The notes beneath the pieces were generated by a model. It had not been told where the DNA came from and did not search any database. It worked only from the letters and a program-made list of their open reading frames with translations. A program made the translations under genes and the position numbers. This document shows positions 26,601-39,254 of a DNA stretch of 56,216 nt, piece after piece. Within the stretch, counting starts at the first letter, position 1; every line of letters starts with the position of its first letter. Origin of the DNA: Octopus bimaculoides (Eukaryota); assembly GCF_001194135.2 (NCBI RefSeq), contig NC_068981.1, positions 45,709,730 through 45,765,945 of the forward strand, read 5' to 3'.

Positions 26601-29214
26601 CATAGCAACCTTGCCATATAACTTGAAGTCTCCAGAATTAGAAAAAGGTGACGTTACAGATAAATATGTTTCAGTTTGCATCCCCATCACAGGAGATGAA
26701 GTCAAAATATGTAAATTAAATTCTTGAAATTCAGTTGTTTTCATAATAAATTTGTATGACATACGTATGGCTGTCTGCAATGTAGTACGTTACTGCATAT
26801 AGGAAACATCCGAATTACCACGAGACATGAAAACATAATTTCCGAAAATATAAAGATGATGAAATTCTACATAGTAGAGAGCTCAAAGTTAACTAGTTCA
26901 AAAACCAGAGTTTCCATACATGAAAAAACACATATCGAGAGTACAAGTCTGATTATACATATATACACAATATCCACCTGCATACACACTGTTGTCTTCC
27001 ATGCCGATATCTCCTAATATCTATAGTTGGTATACAAATTAAATCTAAATAATTGCAAAGAAGCAGAGAGGTGCCATCCTTGACCAAATTTCGCGGATAG
27101 TGTGAATTGTAAACATAATTGGAGGTAAATAGAAATCTAATAGCACATACAAGAATACTATCGATACTGTTATAAAAAATGTCTGCAAAGTTAAACGTTT
27201 TTATGTGCGAAAAGTGATGACCACTATCCCTATCTCCTTCTCTCTGTCTCGTGTGTGTGTATGTTTGTGCACGTGCCTATGTGTGTATGCGTGGGTTGTG
27301 TTGTGTGATATATGGATAAAGGAAATAGTGCGGTGTCAACGTAGATTTCAATTATTGGTGAGCTAGTCCTTTTTATAGGCGTTGATTTGTAAATACACAC
27401 TTCTATTGAATTATGCACTGAAAATATTATTAAATGAAGGCACTGAATCGACCGTGTTCGTAAGCATGAAAAGTGGTGAAATAAATATAATCACTCTTCA
27501 TACCGCCTGACTTGTCATGGTATATATGTATATATATATATATATATATACCATGACAAGTCACTCTCTTCAGCGTTTGATATTTTTAGAGAGAAGATAT
27601 GTCTCGTCACAAGTCACTATTCAGGTAAAAAAAAGAGCTTCATTCGTGAGATATGACAGCAAAGAAGGCCACACACTCTCTCTCTGCGCGCGATTAGGCT
27701 CAGAAAATGTGACCCAATTTGACCCAATTTGCTGACTCTACTGATGCCACGCAACAGTCGATAGATGGTTGAGTGAGCGACTAAATCCAAACTTCTCTGG
27801 TAGTTCCTCAAAGTTTAGCTGAGATTTTGTTCCACCAGAGTTTCCTGGACGTCCTCGTCGAACTCTATAGACGTTCTAGAACGGGGCTCGTCTTCTAGGT
27901 CGTAGTTTCCGGTTCGAATTTACTAGAACCACCGTTGACACTGGATTGCGCTTAATATCCCATCCCCATATACTTCATTAATATTCCTCTCTCTTTCTAT
28001 TGTGTTGTTTTCCTTTATTGAACTAATAAAGCAACACATGCCGAATATACTCTTTGTCACTTGCATTATAGCTTTGAAAACATAACTGTTAAGATCGAAC
28101 TGTACTCATCAAACCTTGAACTGAGAATAAGTCTGAGCTAAATTTACTTCTTGCTTTTATAGCAAGTTCATGCAGGTAGTTTATTGCATTCCCTTCCGAC
28201 TTTTATTTCATGCAATTGAAAAAACCCCGCATTTATGCACGTCTTTATGCAAGTGAGCGTGTGTATGTTCTTTTGTGAAGGCGTGTGTCGGTGTGCGAGT
28301 GTCTATGTGCGCGTCTATACGAGTGCGTGTATTTGTGCATGCGTGCGCACGCGCGTTTGTGTGTGGGTGTGTATGTGTGTGTGTGTATCAAGGTTTTTGT
28401 GATCATTACAAATATTTTGAAATCTTTTCACATCTAAGAATCTATTTTGCGTCAGTTTAAGTATGTCGACGGAAGCATTAAGAACATTCAAAGGAAGAAA
28501 CAATGATAAATGTTGCGGAAGAATGTCATGATTTAGTGTTACTGCGAGTCATGTCAATATTGGGAACCATTTAACGTGCCGAATTAAATGTCATAGTGAA
28601 GGGCAGGGGAAATTTTTTTAAAGCCCAAATAATTTTTAATATAGGAGGCATTTGCCCCACAAATCATAATTGAAATATGCTCGAAAATTTATGAGGGTGA
28701 TATATTTACAGGCTGAAGTTTATAGAAATGCCTAAATCCTAAAGGAATCGGGTCAAAATTAATATCCGTTTGGAAAAAAAAACATTAAATAACAAACCCA
28801 AGCAAATAGTTAAAAATATAGAATGCTTGATGTTTTTTCGTAAATGGAAAATATGGGTGACAATAATTTCCCAAGCATGGGATTTATTACCCCAGAAGTC
28901 ATATATTCTATTTTTATGTGGTTAAATTCGTTAAAGTAAAAAGAATTCAGTGGGTATATGACTTTGGAAAATTCATGCAGTATTTTAGGCTCTAATTCCA
29001 GTGAGATGCATATTAAAGGACATTTTCCACAATATGATATTGAGTATAGAATGAGACTAAAGCACAGAAAAGTGATGGACGTAAATTGTTTGAAACAATT
29101 GACGCTGTAGACGTTGACTAAATTACTAAATTATGCACATATATTTATATGTAATTACAATCCCCAAAATACTATGCCTATGTTTTTATATATATGCAAT
29201 ATATACTTACATAA

Positions 29215-29266
<52 letters not shown>

Positions 29267-29561
29267 GGAAAGAAAGAGAGAGAGAGATAGAGAGAGACAG
29301 GGAGGAGGAAAAGAGAGAGAGATATGCAAAGAGAATGCACATTTGTCAGCTTATTAGATTAAGAAGATCCTAGTAATGTAAGAAACATTCCTTTCAAAGC
29401 TGTGCTGGATGACAGAATATCTATATGTATATGCACATGCATACACATGTTTACACACATACAAACACGCACAAGTTCGCACACAAACACACGTATATAT
29501 ATATAGATCATAAAACAATAATCTATATTTGTGCGAATTTTTGCACATGTGTGTTTGGCTA

Positions 29562-30085
29562 AGATCCATGGAAAAGATAACACCAAGGACAAAGAAGTTA
29601 CACCCACTCATAATGAAGAGGAGTACTTGTAGAATGTCGGAGTTAAAACCTCAATAAAATATAAGCACAATAGAACTGGTATAATGTTTTGGGACAGAGA
29701 AGAGAAACCTGTGTACAGTTGTAGAAATCAGCTGTCCCTCGGATGTTAACATAAAGCTGAAGTTCAGTGAAAGAGAGAATACCTACGCTGAAGTATTGAG
29801 AAATCTACAGTTACTCTATCCAGATTATAAGTTCGAGTTTATACCTATAGTCTTCAGGGAACATGTATATGTAGCACAGAGACTAAATATCAATTCTGAG
29901 AAATTAGGCTTCTCAAAACCAGAAAACAGAACGCTGATTCCAAGACTACAGACACGAACCATCAGTGGAATCGTAACAACTGCAAACCTTTCCAGAAATT
30001 TATCCTTTAAGTATGTAAGCATGTTTACATATGCAAATTTATGCATGAAAAGAAATACTTAAGACAAAACAAACAAATCTGCATG
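29562..30085 (+). mobile_element. 5'-truncated REL-endonuclease (R2-group) LINE 3' end, distinct from the TAA-associated subfamilies
   Basis: Joining frames gives VKTSIKYKHNRTGIMFWDREEK..VVEISCPSDVNIKLKFSERENTYAEVLRNLQLLYPDYKFEFIPIV..LQTRTISGIV. The positions of HNRPD, VEISCP and FIPI match a REL domain. The 3' UTR runs into (CATA)n. Confidence 0.8.
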
Positions 30086-30273
30086 TATACATACACACAT
30101 ACATACATACATACCCACATACATACATACATACACACATACATACATACATACATGCACACACGCATCCATACATACATAAATACATACATACGTAAAT
30201 GCATACATGCATACATGCATATATACATACATACATACATACATACATACATACATACATACGTACATACATA
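30086..30273. repeat. (CATA)n tetranucleotide microsatellite
   Basis: Read directly; imperfect. Confidence 0.95.
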
Positions 30274-31086
30274 CAAGAAATGTAGCGTGTTGTTGATGTT
30301 GAAATTCCAGTGAAAGTGATTGGATCTAAGTTACAAACACGTGTGGAAATTGTTGAAATTGAAGCAGCAAGATAACAGAAGTTAATAGCAACATAGAGAG
30401 CAGTGGATTTACCAAACGGCTTTTCCTCCTTTATCAAGGCACACATACAGGAAATAAATGAGATATTTATTCATACGCACAGCAAGGCAAAACGAAAAGC
30501 CACATATACATATAAATACCCCAGATACCTACGACAACAGATTTTACAGCTTGCCTCACCAACATGTGGATTCGGTCGCAGTGGCGACTATGCTGCCCTG
30601 AAAGGAACAGAAATTGTTCAATTACATTACGAAAGTATAGTTTTTTTAATTGTATTTTTATCAGTGGCCAACATATAAAAAGAGACCGATTAAAGTGAAA
30701 TTATATATATAATTATAATGAAGGGTACGGAAATAATTTTTCAAGCCTATACGCTGGACTAGACGCTAAATCGTCTAACTACTTAAGAAGTCACAAAGTA
30801 CACACGTGTTGAAATCGAAGTAGCAAGCTTACGGAAATGAATAGCTATATGCATAGCACTAGATTAGTTAATTTCTGAATTTCAACACGTGTCTAATTTG
30901 TGAATTCTTAACTGGTGAGAAGATTTAGCCTTTCCTTCAGCATATAGGCTACACCATTTCATTCTATGCACTTAATTATAATTATATATATCATTTCACC
31001 TTAGTCGGTCTTTTTTTTATATTCTGGCCAGTGATGAAATAACAGAAGAAATCATGTGTGTGTTTGTGTGTGTGTGTGTGTGTATA

Positions 31087-31445
31087 GGCATCAGCGTGAC
31101 TTCGAAGCATGCTTCCCAACCACATTGTTTCATGTCTTTTGTTGTAGTCTCGCGCCGACAAAGGCCTTGTTAGTGGTTTTGGTTGATGGAAACTAAAAGT
31201 AGCCCGTTGTGTATAGATGTATGTAGGTATATATTTGTGTGTTTGTGTCTGCGTTTGTCCTACCATCCATCGCTTGACAACCGACGTTGCTGTGTTTATG
31301 TCCTGATAACATATCAGTTCAACAAAAGTGAGCGATAGAATAAGTACTTGGCTTGAAAAAATACGTCCTGTGGTCGATTGTTTGGACTAAAACCCGTTAA
31401 GGTGGTGCTCTAGCATAGCCGCAGTCAAGTAACTAAAAGAAATGA
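31087..31445 (+). mobile_element. tRNA-derived SINE, family 2, with an internal (TA/TG) microsatellite and a partly deleted head
   Basis: Collinear with the reverse complement of 43040-43391 (CGCTTGACAACCGA..GATAGAATAA..GGTGGTGCTCTAGCATAGCCGCAGTCAA). Confidence 0.8.
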
Positions 31446-32359
31446 ATAACATTGAAAAATAAAATAGTGCACACAAATACACATCTGTACGTATAAAATG
31501 TTACGACGGCCTATAAGAAGAGAAGTTGAAACTCATCCTCTTTGACAAAAAGATAATAGTTAAACAGCTGTATACTTCCCTTTTGGGTGTGGTCTTCGTA
31601 ACATCCAATAATATCAGTCTTAAGTGAAATTGCGGACAACAGCCAGAGAGCATATCAGCAAATGTGTTGTTATGGTTCGCATAAATCTGTTGTAAGCATC
31701 GATCCGTAGCTTTTCTATTCTAGAGATCCTGATACCATCTTTCTTCCATTTCCTTCTTTTATTATTTATTATTATTATTTTTTGTACTTATTGCATTGAG
31801 TGCTGACAAGTTTCTTGCAGAAAACAAAACCTTTGGTCTTTCTGCACGAAATAACATGTTATGATAATTGAAACAAAATAGATAAGCAAATATATATAAA
31901 TGGCATGATAGTTCTCGATTATTAGCACGGCCCAAAAGTGTGTAAAATTCATTGTCGAAAAATGTCTATAACAAGTGTATTGATTACACACGATTTGGCA
32001 TCACCGCCATAGACCTCTTATAACTATGGTAAGTACATTTCCCAACAGTACTGTGACCCATTTTTTTTTTAAAATCTCAAGCGGTACTCCCTATTTCACT
32101 ATCGTGCGGAAATTGATTAAAGCAAAACTATCTCATTCAAACGGTACCTGCTCTAGTTTCTTCAAGAAATACCAGAAACGTGACCGTCCTGGATGCATCT
32201 CGGGAAAGAACTCCCAACACGAGTTCATGTTTGCTATTGTATTTTAAGCATGATTTCAAAGACTAAAATGCGAATCCACGTGAAGACATTATGTTGAAAC
32301 CGACTTCTGTGATTAATGGTCAGAGACTGTAAATTTTATAAATGTGCGTGTAAGAGTAA

Positions 32360-32399
<40 letters not shown>

Positions 32400-33372
32400 G
32401 TGTGTTTGTGTGTGTGTGTGTGTGCGTGCGTAAAATGCACAGTATATATGTATGTATTTGGGTTTACATATCAATAACCTCCTTGAAAACGGAATTTTCA
32501 AGTTTTTACATATAAAAGAATATATAAATCATATTTTCTATATTTTTTTTAAAATCCATGCTAAATTTAAAGAAAAGTAATCTATTTTGCCATAGTGTAC
32601 TGTTCATATTTTAAATTGTATTTGAGATGCTTCGAATTTGTTTTAAAAAATATTTTGTATATTTTCTTTTTCCTTTACGTTTATATAGTTACATAGAAAG
32701 AGATTGCTAATTACTATAAAACAAATATCTGTATTGAATCTGGCCTCAAATAAATTGATCTGACTTCACTTCCAACAATGCAATTTTCCAAACTATTTAT
32801 TGATGCCTGAAGTGTCTAATGTCTTTGTGTGTTTTCTGTTTTTGTAATCCTTTAGAAGTGTCTGTATATGTGTTTTTCAAGTATGTAGATGTAGATGTGA
32901 GCCTGCGTTTTATGTACAAGATATTTGAGATTTTTCATATGTATGTGCATGTGTGTGTGTGAGTGTATGTGTGTGCGTGCGCGTGTGTGTGTGTTTGTGC
33001 ACGTACGTGCTTCAACATATATGTTTTGTTACTGTAATCATAGCTTCCATTCAGCGTCAATTGCTGATTAGAAAGAAGATCACTATCGGAAATAGAACTT
33101 AGTGAAGAAAAAATGTAAACAATGTTATAATAATCAATGGTTAGAAATGGTTGGGAAAATGAGAGACCGAGAAAGAAAAGCCTAGTGAATGTAACAATAT
33201 GGTAGCGTAAGAGATAAGAAACGTTGGATGGGTGTTGACTGAATCTGCATGGGTGATAGAATGCGAAAGTGCTGCTCTAAATGTAGTGAAAATATTTGAA
33301 ATGATAACTGTGAAACTGTATGTTGAAGAATATTGAGAGTGTGAGAAATAATTAGAGTTCAAAGGGAGAGAA

Positions 33373-33426
<54 letters not shown>

Positions 33427-36314
33427 AAATAACAAATGCATTATAAATATGATTTTGAGAAAAAAAAACAAAGTAAAAATACATAAAAAATGCTGCTCGC
33501 CAAGAAAATAGAATGAAACAACGCACAAAAATTAATAAAATACAAATTTAAAATAAATTATGTAGAAAATATTAAAATTTTTTTAAAATATCGACAGTAA
33601 CATAAAATATTAATATCAAAATATAAAAGTGTAATAAAACATGACAGAAAGCAATAAACTACTTTATCGGTAGAAACACATTGCATCTGTTATCAGGCCT
33701 GGCATTAACTATTTTATTAGTTTTATTTTACTTTTTTTCCTGCTATGTTAGAGAACTTAAATATGAGGTCAGAAGATAAGTGATCATAATTGGAGAAAGT
33801 TGATTGCAGGCCACAACTTTCTCGGCCTGTATGTGACCACTGATGTGAAGGTCAGGCTCACATAATAGCGGATGCAATGAAGCATTAACTTAGGTTTATG
33901 GGGCGTAAATCTCGGCTAATTTGTTCCATTGCCAGAGATGGCAGAGCACCTTTATCGTCACAAAGGAGAAAGTTGAAAACTCGTTCACTGTAACGTTTGG
34001 CAGGCAAGTAATTAATTAATTTGCCCGAGAAAATACGCAATCCCTTATCTTATAGGACATTTCATTTCTGCTCATACACACGTAGAAACAAATATATTCA
34101 CATACATTACCCAGACACATATATACGAACAGACATGCGCCTGAAGTCAGCAGTTCATAAATAAATTCATAAGCATATTCACATTTCAATATCTAGAAAT
34201 ATATGTTGGAACAACCATTCTCCATTACATATTACAGATACATCAAGACGATATATTTCGAGATTAAATGGTCTTAATTGCTGGTAACGTGCTTCAGAAT
34301 TTACTTATGGCTAACAACATCACAAAGTGCAATTAGGTACAAGAGAGAAAAAAACTGTCTTGGAAGTTCAAGACTTTTATTGTTTCACTATCGGTAAGCC
34401 TGTAACGTCTCTGGTCAATTTGTCGTCGGTCAGTATGCCACCAGCTTACATACAAAAATGCCGACAGGTTCTTTAATAATGTTTAAGAAATATATGGTAC
34501 TCATACTAACTAGTACAGGCTTTTGGGTTCTTGTGATGCTGAGGAAAGAATAATAGTAAAAACTGAAACAGAGCATATAAAGGAAGACAACACTGAGAAT
34601 ATTAAGCTAAATTTCTACTTTTCGAATTTCTTTTCTTTAAGCGGCTTAGGAAGAGCATTTTATCTACTGTGTTAGAGAAAAATGAAATTAAACTATTTAG
34701 AATTTTTTTATTTATTAAACCATATTTTTCTGTTTTTTTATTATATAGAATCATATGTTTGATTTTTCGCAGCATTTCGAACTTCTGTTTTCTTATATAC
34801 ATTAACATCCTTTTTTTTTTTGCATACATCTTCCAAATCTAACACTTTGTGAGGGCTCCTTGTGATGAGCATATTCTTTGCAAAGTAACGAAATTTATTT
34901 TGACTTTCAATACCGTTTGTTATCTTAACTATCATCTAAAAATTACCATCTTCTTTATTTTTTTCTATGTTTACTTGTTCAAAAATTAATGAATAGAAGC
35001 GTTTCCTTAACTACGAATGAATGTGTCATATTTGCAAGATCAAATATTACTAAAAATGGTGGAGAACAATTTAAATACTTCCAAGAATGGTGTGACAATT
35101 TGCCTCGTAGTATCAGCCTGTAACCTTGTCCTTCGTCATATATTAATCATAATAGAACTGAAATTTATAGTGTTTCTCTTGTTGCCCATGCTGATACAAG
35201 CAGAACAATAGCCGTTTCCTAATTTCATATGTCTAGGAATTGCAAGTATTTATAAGTATATCATATATTCAATGATGAAAATATTATATTGTTATTGGAA
35301 ATATCACAATATATAATAGCCGACAAATATAATATCATACTATATTCGCAAGTACATCATGTTAATATCCTTATCATATTTCATTTTCCTACAACTCATA
35401 TTTATTAATTACGATCATATATATATCAAATTCCTGATATTTCAATATTTGTTGAAATTAAATTATAAACTATTATAAATTTTGCTTTGAATTTGATAAA
35501 TGACGATCTCAGAAAATTGAGAATAGAAATCTGAGTCAACGTTGAATATGAACTTCTGAAGAAAAAAAATTAGGCCTCAAATGGTTATCGCTTCCTTTTC
35601 CAAATTTGCTGAAAACAAGTTCTTTTAGATATCCAAATTTAATGTTGGATTCGATATTTAGTTGTCTTATACATAGCATCGATTTATAAGAAGTGTACAT
35701 CATGTAGGGATGTAAAAATATATTTGTCGTTTCTAGTTTGTGTGTAATGCTGTATGTAAAATCAGAGACAGGTTAAAGAAATAGATTAGTAAAAATAAAT
35801 TTGAAATTTAATCGAATTAATGTGATATAAAATATTTCTTTCGAGGAAAGAATTTTCCTGTGTGTGATGACAAATGTAGATACGTAAATATCAATGCTAT
35901 CATCAAATATTCCTGCACCGATAAATTTATTCCACTACAGGAAGTTTGCTCAAAATATTGGTAATTGCCATTTCATTAATATTCTGGATTATTGTTATTG
36001 GTACAATCCTGATAATTGGTATGTGAATGAAATATAACACCTCTCATTTTTCAACAAGCAAAGTATGGCAGAGAATTAGATTTTCATTAGAATTTGAGAA
36101 AATATATTATGTTAAGCATATATTATTTTGATTCGCAGTTGTGTATTTATGCATTAATGCCTATTAAATAAACGTAATCATATTTTGGGATTCAGCAGGA
36201 GCCAAAAGCAAAAAAAATGTTCTATATTAAGATCGCCATCAGATTTACTTGTCACACAGCAGATCTGGAAATTAGGTTGTAAAGTGTCGTTGAATAATAA
36301 ATTCCGCCATGTAA

Positions 36315-36363
<49 letters not shown>

Positions 36364-36589
36364 TATATACTACACTCTTACCCGTTCTCTATCACACTCA
36401 CACTCACACTCTCTCTTTGTAGCTCTCTCTCTCTCAACTTTCTACATATACTTCTCAGTCTTTCGTTGATCGGATGCTACTGTCGACTATCGCACCTGGT
36501 CAAAATATTTAATTGTGTTCCATCAATATTGCCCAAATGACGTTGGCATCAAAAGTTTATACCCAAGTTTATACCCAAGATTTAGGCCC

Positions 36590-36900
36590 CGTCATACTCG
36601 CATCACATGACAGCAATATGGCACAATTGTTACACCTCAATTGGCCCCGCTCTCTTTAACATTACACCAAAACTCATTAAAGCAGAAACAGACCCTATAA
36701 AGTTCAAGAAGAGTTTGGAGAAATTGCTTCAATAAAATTACCTATAAACCGCGTACAGCCGGATATGTCTCCGTAAGTAATAATTATCTACTAGAGTGAG
36801 CCATATTGTCAAATTCCTGATTTAAATGACTTCGCCAGGTTGTGCTGTAAAGTTGAATATGGCCTGAATCTGGCTAGAATATGTCAAAGTATCAAAGTAT
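36590..36900 (+). mobile_element. CR1/L2-group LINE 3' end
   Basis: Reads IGPALFNITPKLIKAETDPIKFKKSLEKLLQ..KPRTAGYVSVSNNYLLE, matching the GPxLFN.LP..FK..LD..PD.P..GY C-terminus. It ends in a repeated TCAAAGTA tail. Confidence 0.75.
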
Positions 36901-37514
36901 ACACATGCGTGTGTGTGTGTTTGTATGTATGTATAATATAAATACCGTTCTCTCTCTGTGTGTGTATGTGTCTAAAAGATTATAACGGCCGTATTTTTGC
37001 AACTGATTTTCTTCAAATTGCTAACATACATTGCTCATGTTCCAGGAACGGTTTTAGACTCTTAAAATGTTTTACATAATGAGTAACGGGCCCCCTTCAG
37101 GAACAAGACTTCCGTTCCTGAGCTAAGTGGGGAAGGGTGGTTACTTTTTGCGAGGTAAGTTTCTGGAATTGATTATTTCCTTCGCAACCATTATTCAAAA
37201 ATTATCACAATTTCATGTTAATTTATGAAATACATATGTCTTTTATTCACTTTTCATGTGAAAACAGCTTCAGCAATTGCTTCTGTAATACGGATTCGCG
37301 AATAATTTGACCTCGGACACATGTTAGGATCTGCATTTGATTTTTGTCTTAATAGAAGTAAATGTTATTGCTTTTTATATGAGATTCACATCTTCGAAAT
37401 GTTTTAAATATTTACTTCCACTTTTTTAGCGTTAGTGACCTCTATATCTCCCTATCTATATCGCTCTATCTCCCCCTCTCTCTCTCTCCATCTAGCTTTA
37501 CCTCTATCCTTCTA

Positions 37515-37695
37515 CCTATATCTATCTATCTATCTATCTATCCATCTATCTATCTATCTATCTATCCATCTATATATCTATCTATCTATCTATGTCTTTT
37601 TTATCTATCTATCTATCTATGTCTTTTTTATCTATCTATCTATCTATGTTTTTTTCTATCTATCTATCTATCTATGTCTTTTTTATCTATCTATA
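37515..37695. repeat. (CTAT)n microsatellite with T-rich interruptions
   Basis: Read directly. Confidence 0.95.
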
Positions 37696-38368
37696 TCTAG
37701 CTTATTGTTTAACAAGCTAGCCCTCTTTCGCCTTCTCTCTGTATCTTCTCACTCTCTATTGTTTTCGCTTTCATTTTTCAGACACTATTGTTTTCACTTT
37801 CAGTGCAATCGCTATTATTTTATCTGTAAGTTTTCAATCGCTATTTACAAAAGCGACAACTTATTCATTGAAAGAAGATCATAATTACTGATGAAAATAA
37901 GTTCACACATAATTTACTGACAAAAGTAAGTATCTTCATAAATTTCACTTCAATCCGTACACTTCGTTAAATTTGCCTTCAAATTTCTTATTTAATTTTG
38001 CAACATTTTGTGTCTTTTTGTTGTTAACGGAATCACTGATAAAAGTTAGTTCAGAATTTATTGATAGAAGTAACTTCAACAATTTTACTTAAATTCGTAC
38101 AATTGGTTAATTTCACTAAAAAATTCTTATTTACTTTTGCAACGGTTTTGTGTTTTTCTCTTGATAACGACTTTTCTGGTTCCTTCGATTCTAGCTCCTT
38201 GGTTTACTGAGTGACAAATTTCGCTTCCACCCGCATATTTCTTCATTTTCCGTAAAATTTCTTATTCTGTTTCTTCTCGCCGTATTAAGAAATCTAATTT
38301 CTGTTACACCGTTATTTTCATATTTTACTATCTTCTGCACTCGTGTAATTCTGTATACATATAAAACC

Positions 38369-39213
38369 ATGCCTGGAAGGAAATTGCTAAATTTTTTACA
38401 CTGTCAACATCGGCCAAAGGAATGTCTCTGTCCAGGGAAAGAGAGACAGCGGCGGAAAGGGAAGCATACAAAGAAAGGAACAGACTGTGCACTACAAAAG
38501 CCAGAGCATCTCAAAGTGAAAGATAGAGGTATGCACGGCTGACAAGGAATAGTATCTCCATTGCAAAAAATCAATTTCTCTGAAGCAGCTCTAAATTATG
38601 ATTCAGAAGATCATTATGCGGAAAACACTAGAGTTTCCTTTGCTGCAATGACAACTAATTGCATATACATTGTAATGCAAGGAAGTGCCCTGGAGAGACA
38701 CCTGTGCTATGCTGCAGTAGTGGAAAGATTAAACTCCTTGCAATCCCCCAACCTTCAGAGCCATTGCAGCAACTGTTGTCATCAAATGATGAAGCACATC
38801 CAAAACAAAATTAGACTATGTAACACTGTAGCATAGATGACATCATTTGGAGTCACAAAATGTTTAACGAAGCCAGGATTCATGCAAACTTTCAAGATCC
38901 AAGGTGAAATGTATCATTCGCTCTTAACTATATCTATCAAATGAATCCCCAAATCGGCCATTCATTCTTTATAATCTGTACCGAAATAAGCTACAGAAAA
39001 CATGTTTTTGAACTACGTGTATTTACTTTATATACATATGTGAGTTGAAAACTTCCTTTTAACATTTCACTTAATGTTTATTTTCCATGCTACCATGGGT
39101 TGGAGAGTTATTAATGTAGAAAAATGGTATCTCAACTACTAGTAATTGAGTCCTGCGTAATCTAGACAGCATTTTAAACTTTCATTATTCTATTTAACCC
39201 GGGCAACGCCGGG

Positions 39214-39215
<2 letters not shown>
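38369..39215 (+). mobile_element. Internally deleted Helitron: RepHel N-terminal remnant joined to a 3' terminal hairpin
   Basis: Joining frames gives ALNYDSEDHY..CNARKCPGETPVLCCSSGKIKL..EPLQQLL..KIRLCNT..MTSFG..PGFMQTFKIQGEMYH, a typical Helitron N-terminal region. The hairpin AACCCGG-GCAACG-CCGGGTT lies at 39196-39215. Confidence 0.85.

Positions 39216-39254
<39 letters not shown>

Noticed and set aside
25600-26800. Complex stretch with short open frames, including the 26583-26780 ORF
   Set aside because: Many stops in all frames, and no motif I can assign to a gene or transposase.
31520-32330. Possible piggyBac-like relic (minus strand IDAYNRFM...)
   Set aside because: Only one weak motif, with no GGVD, no terminal repeats and no TTAA boundaries recognised.
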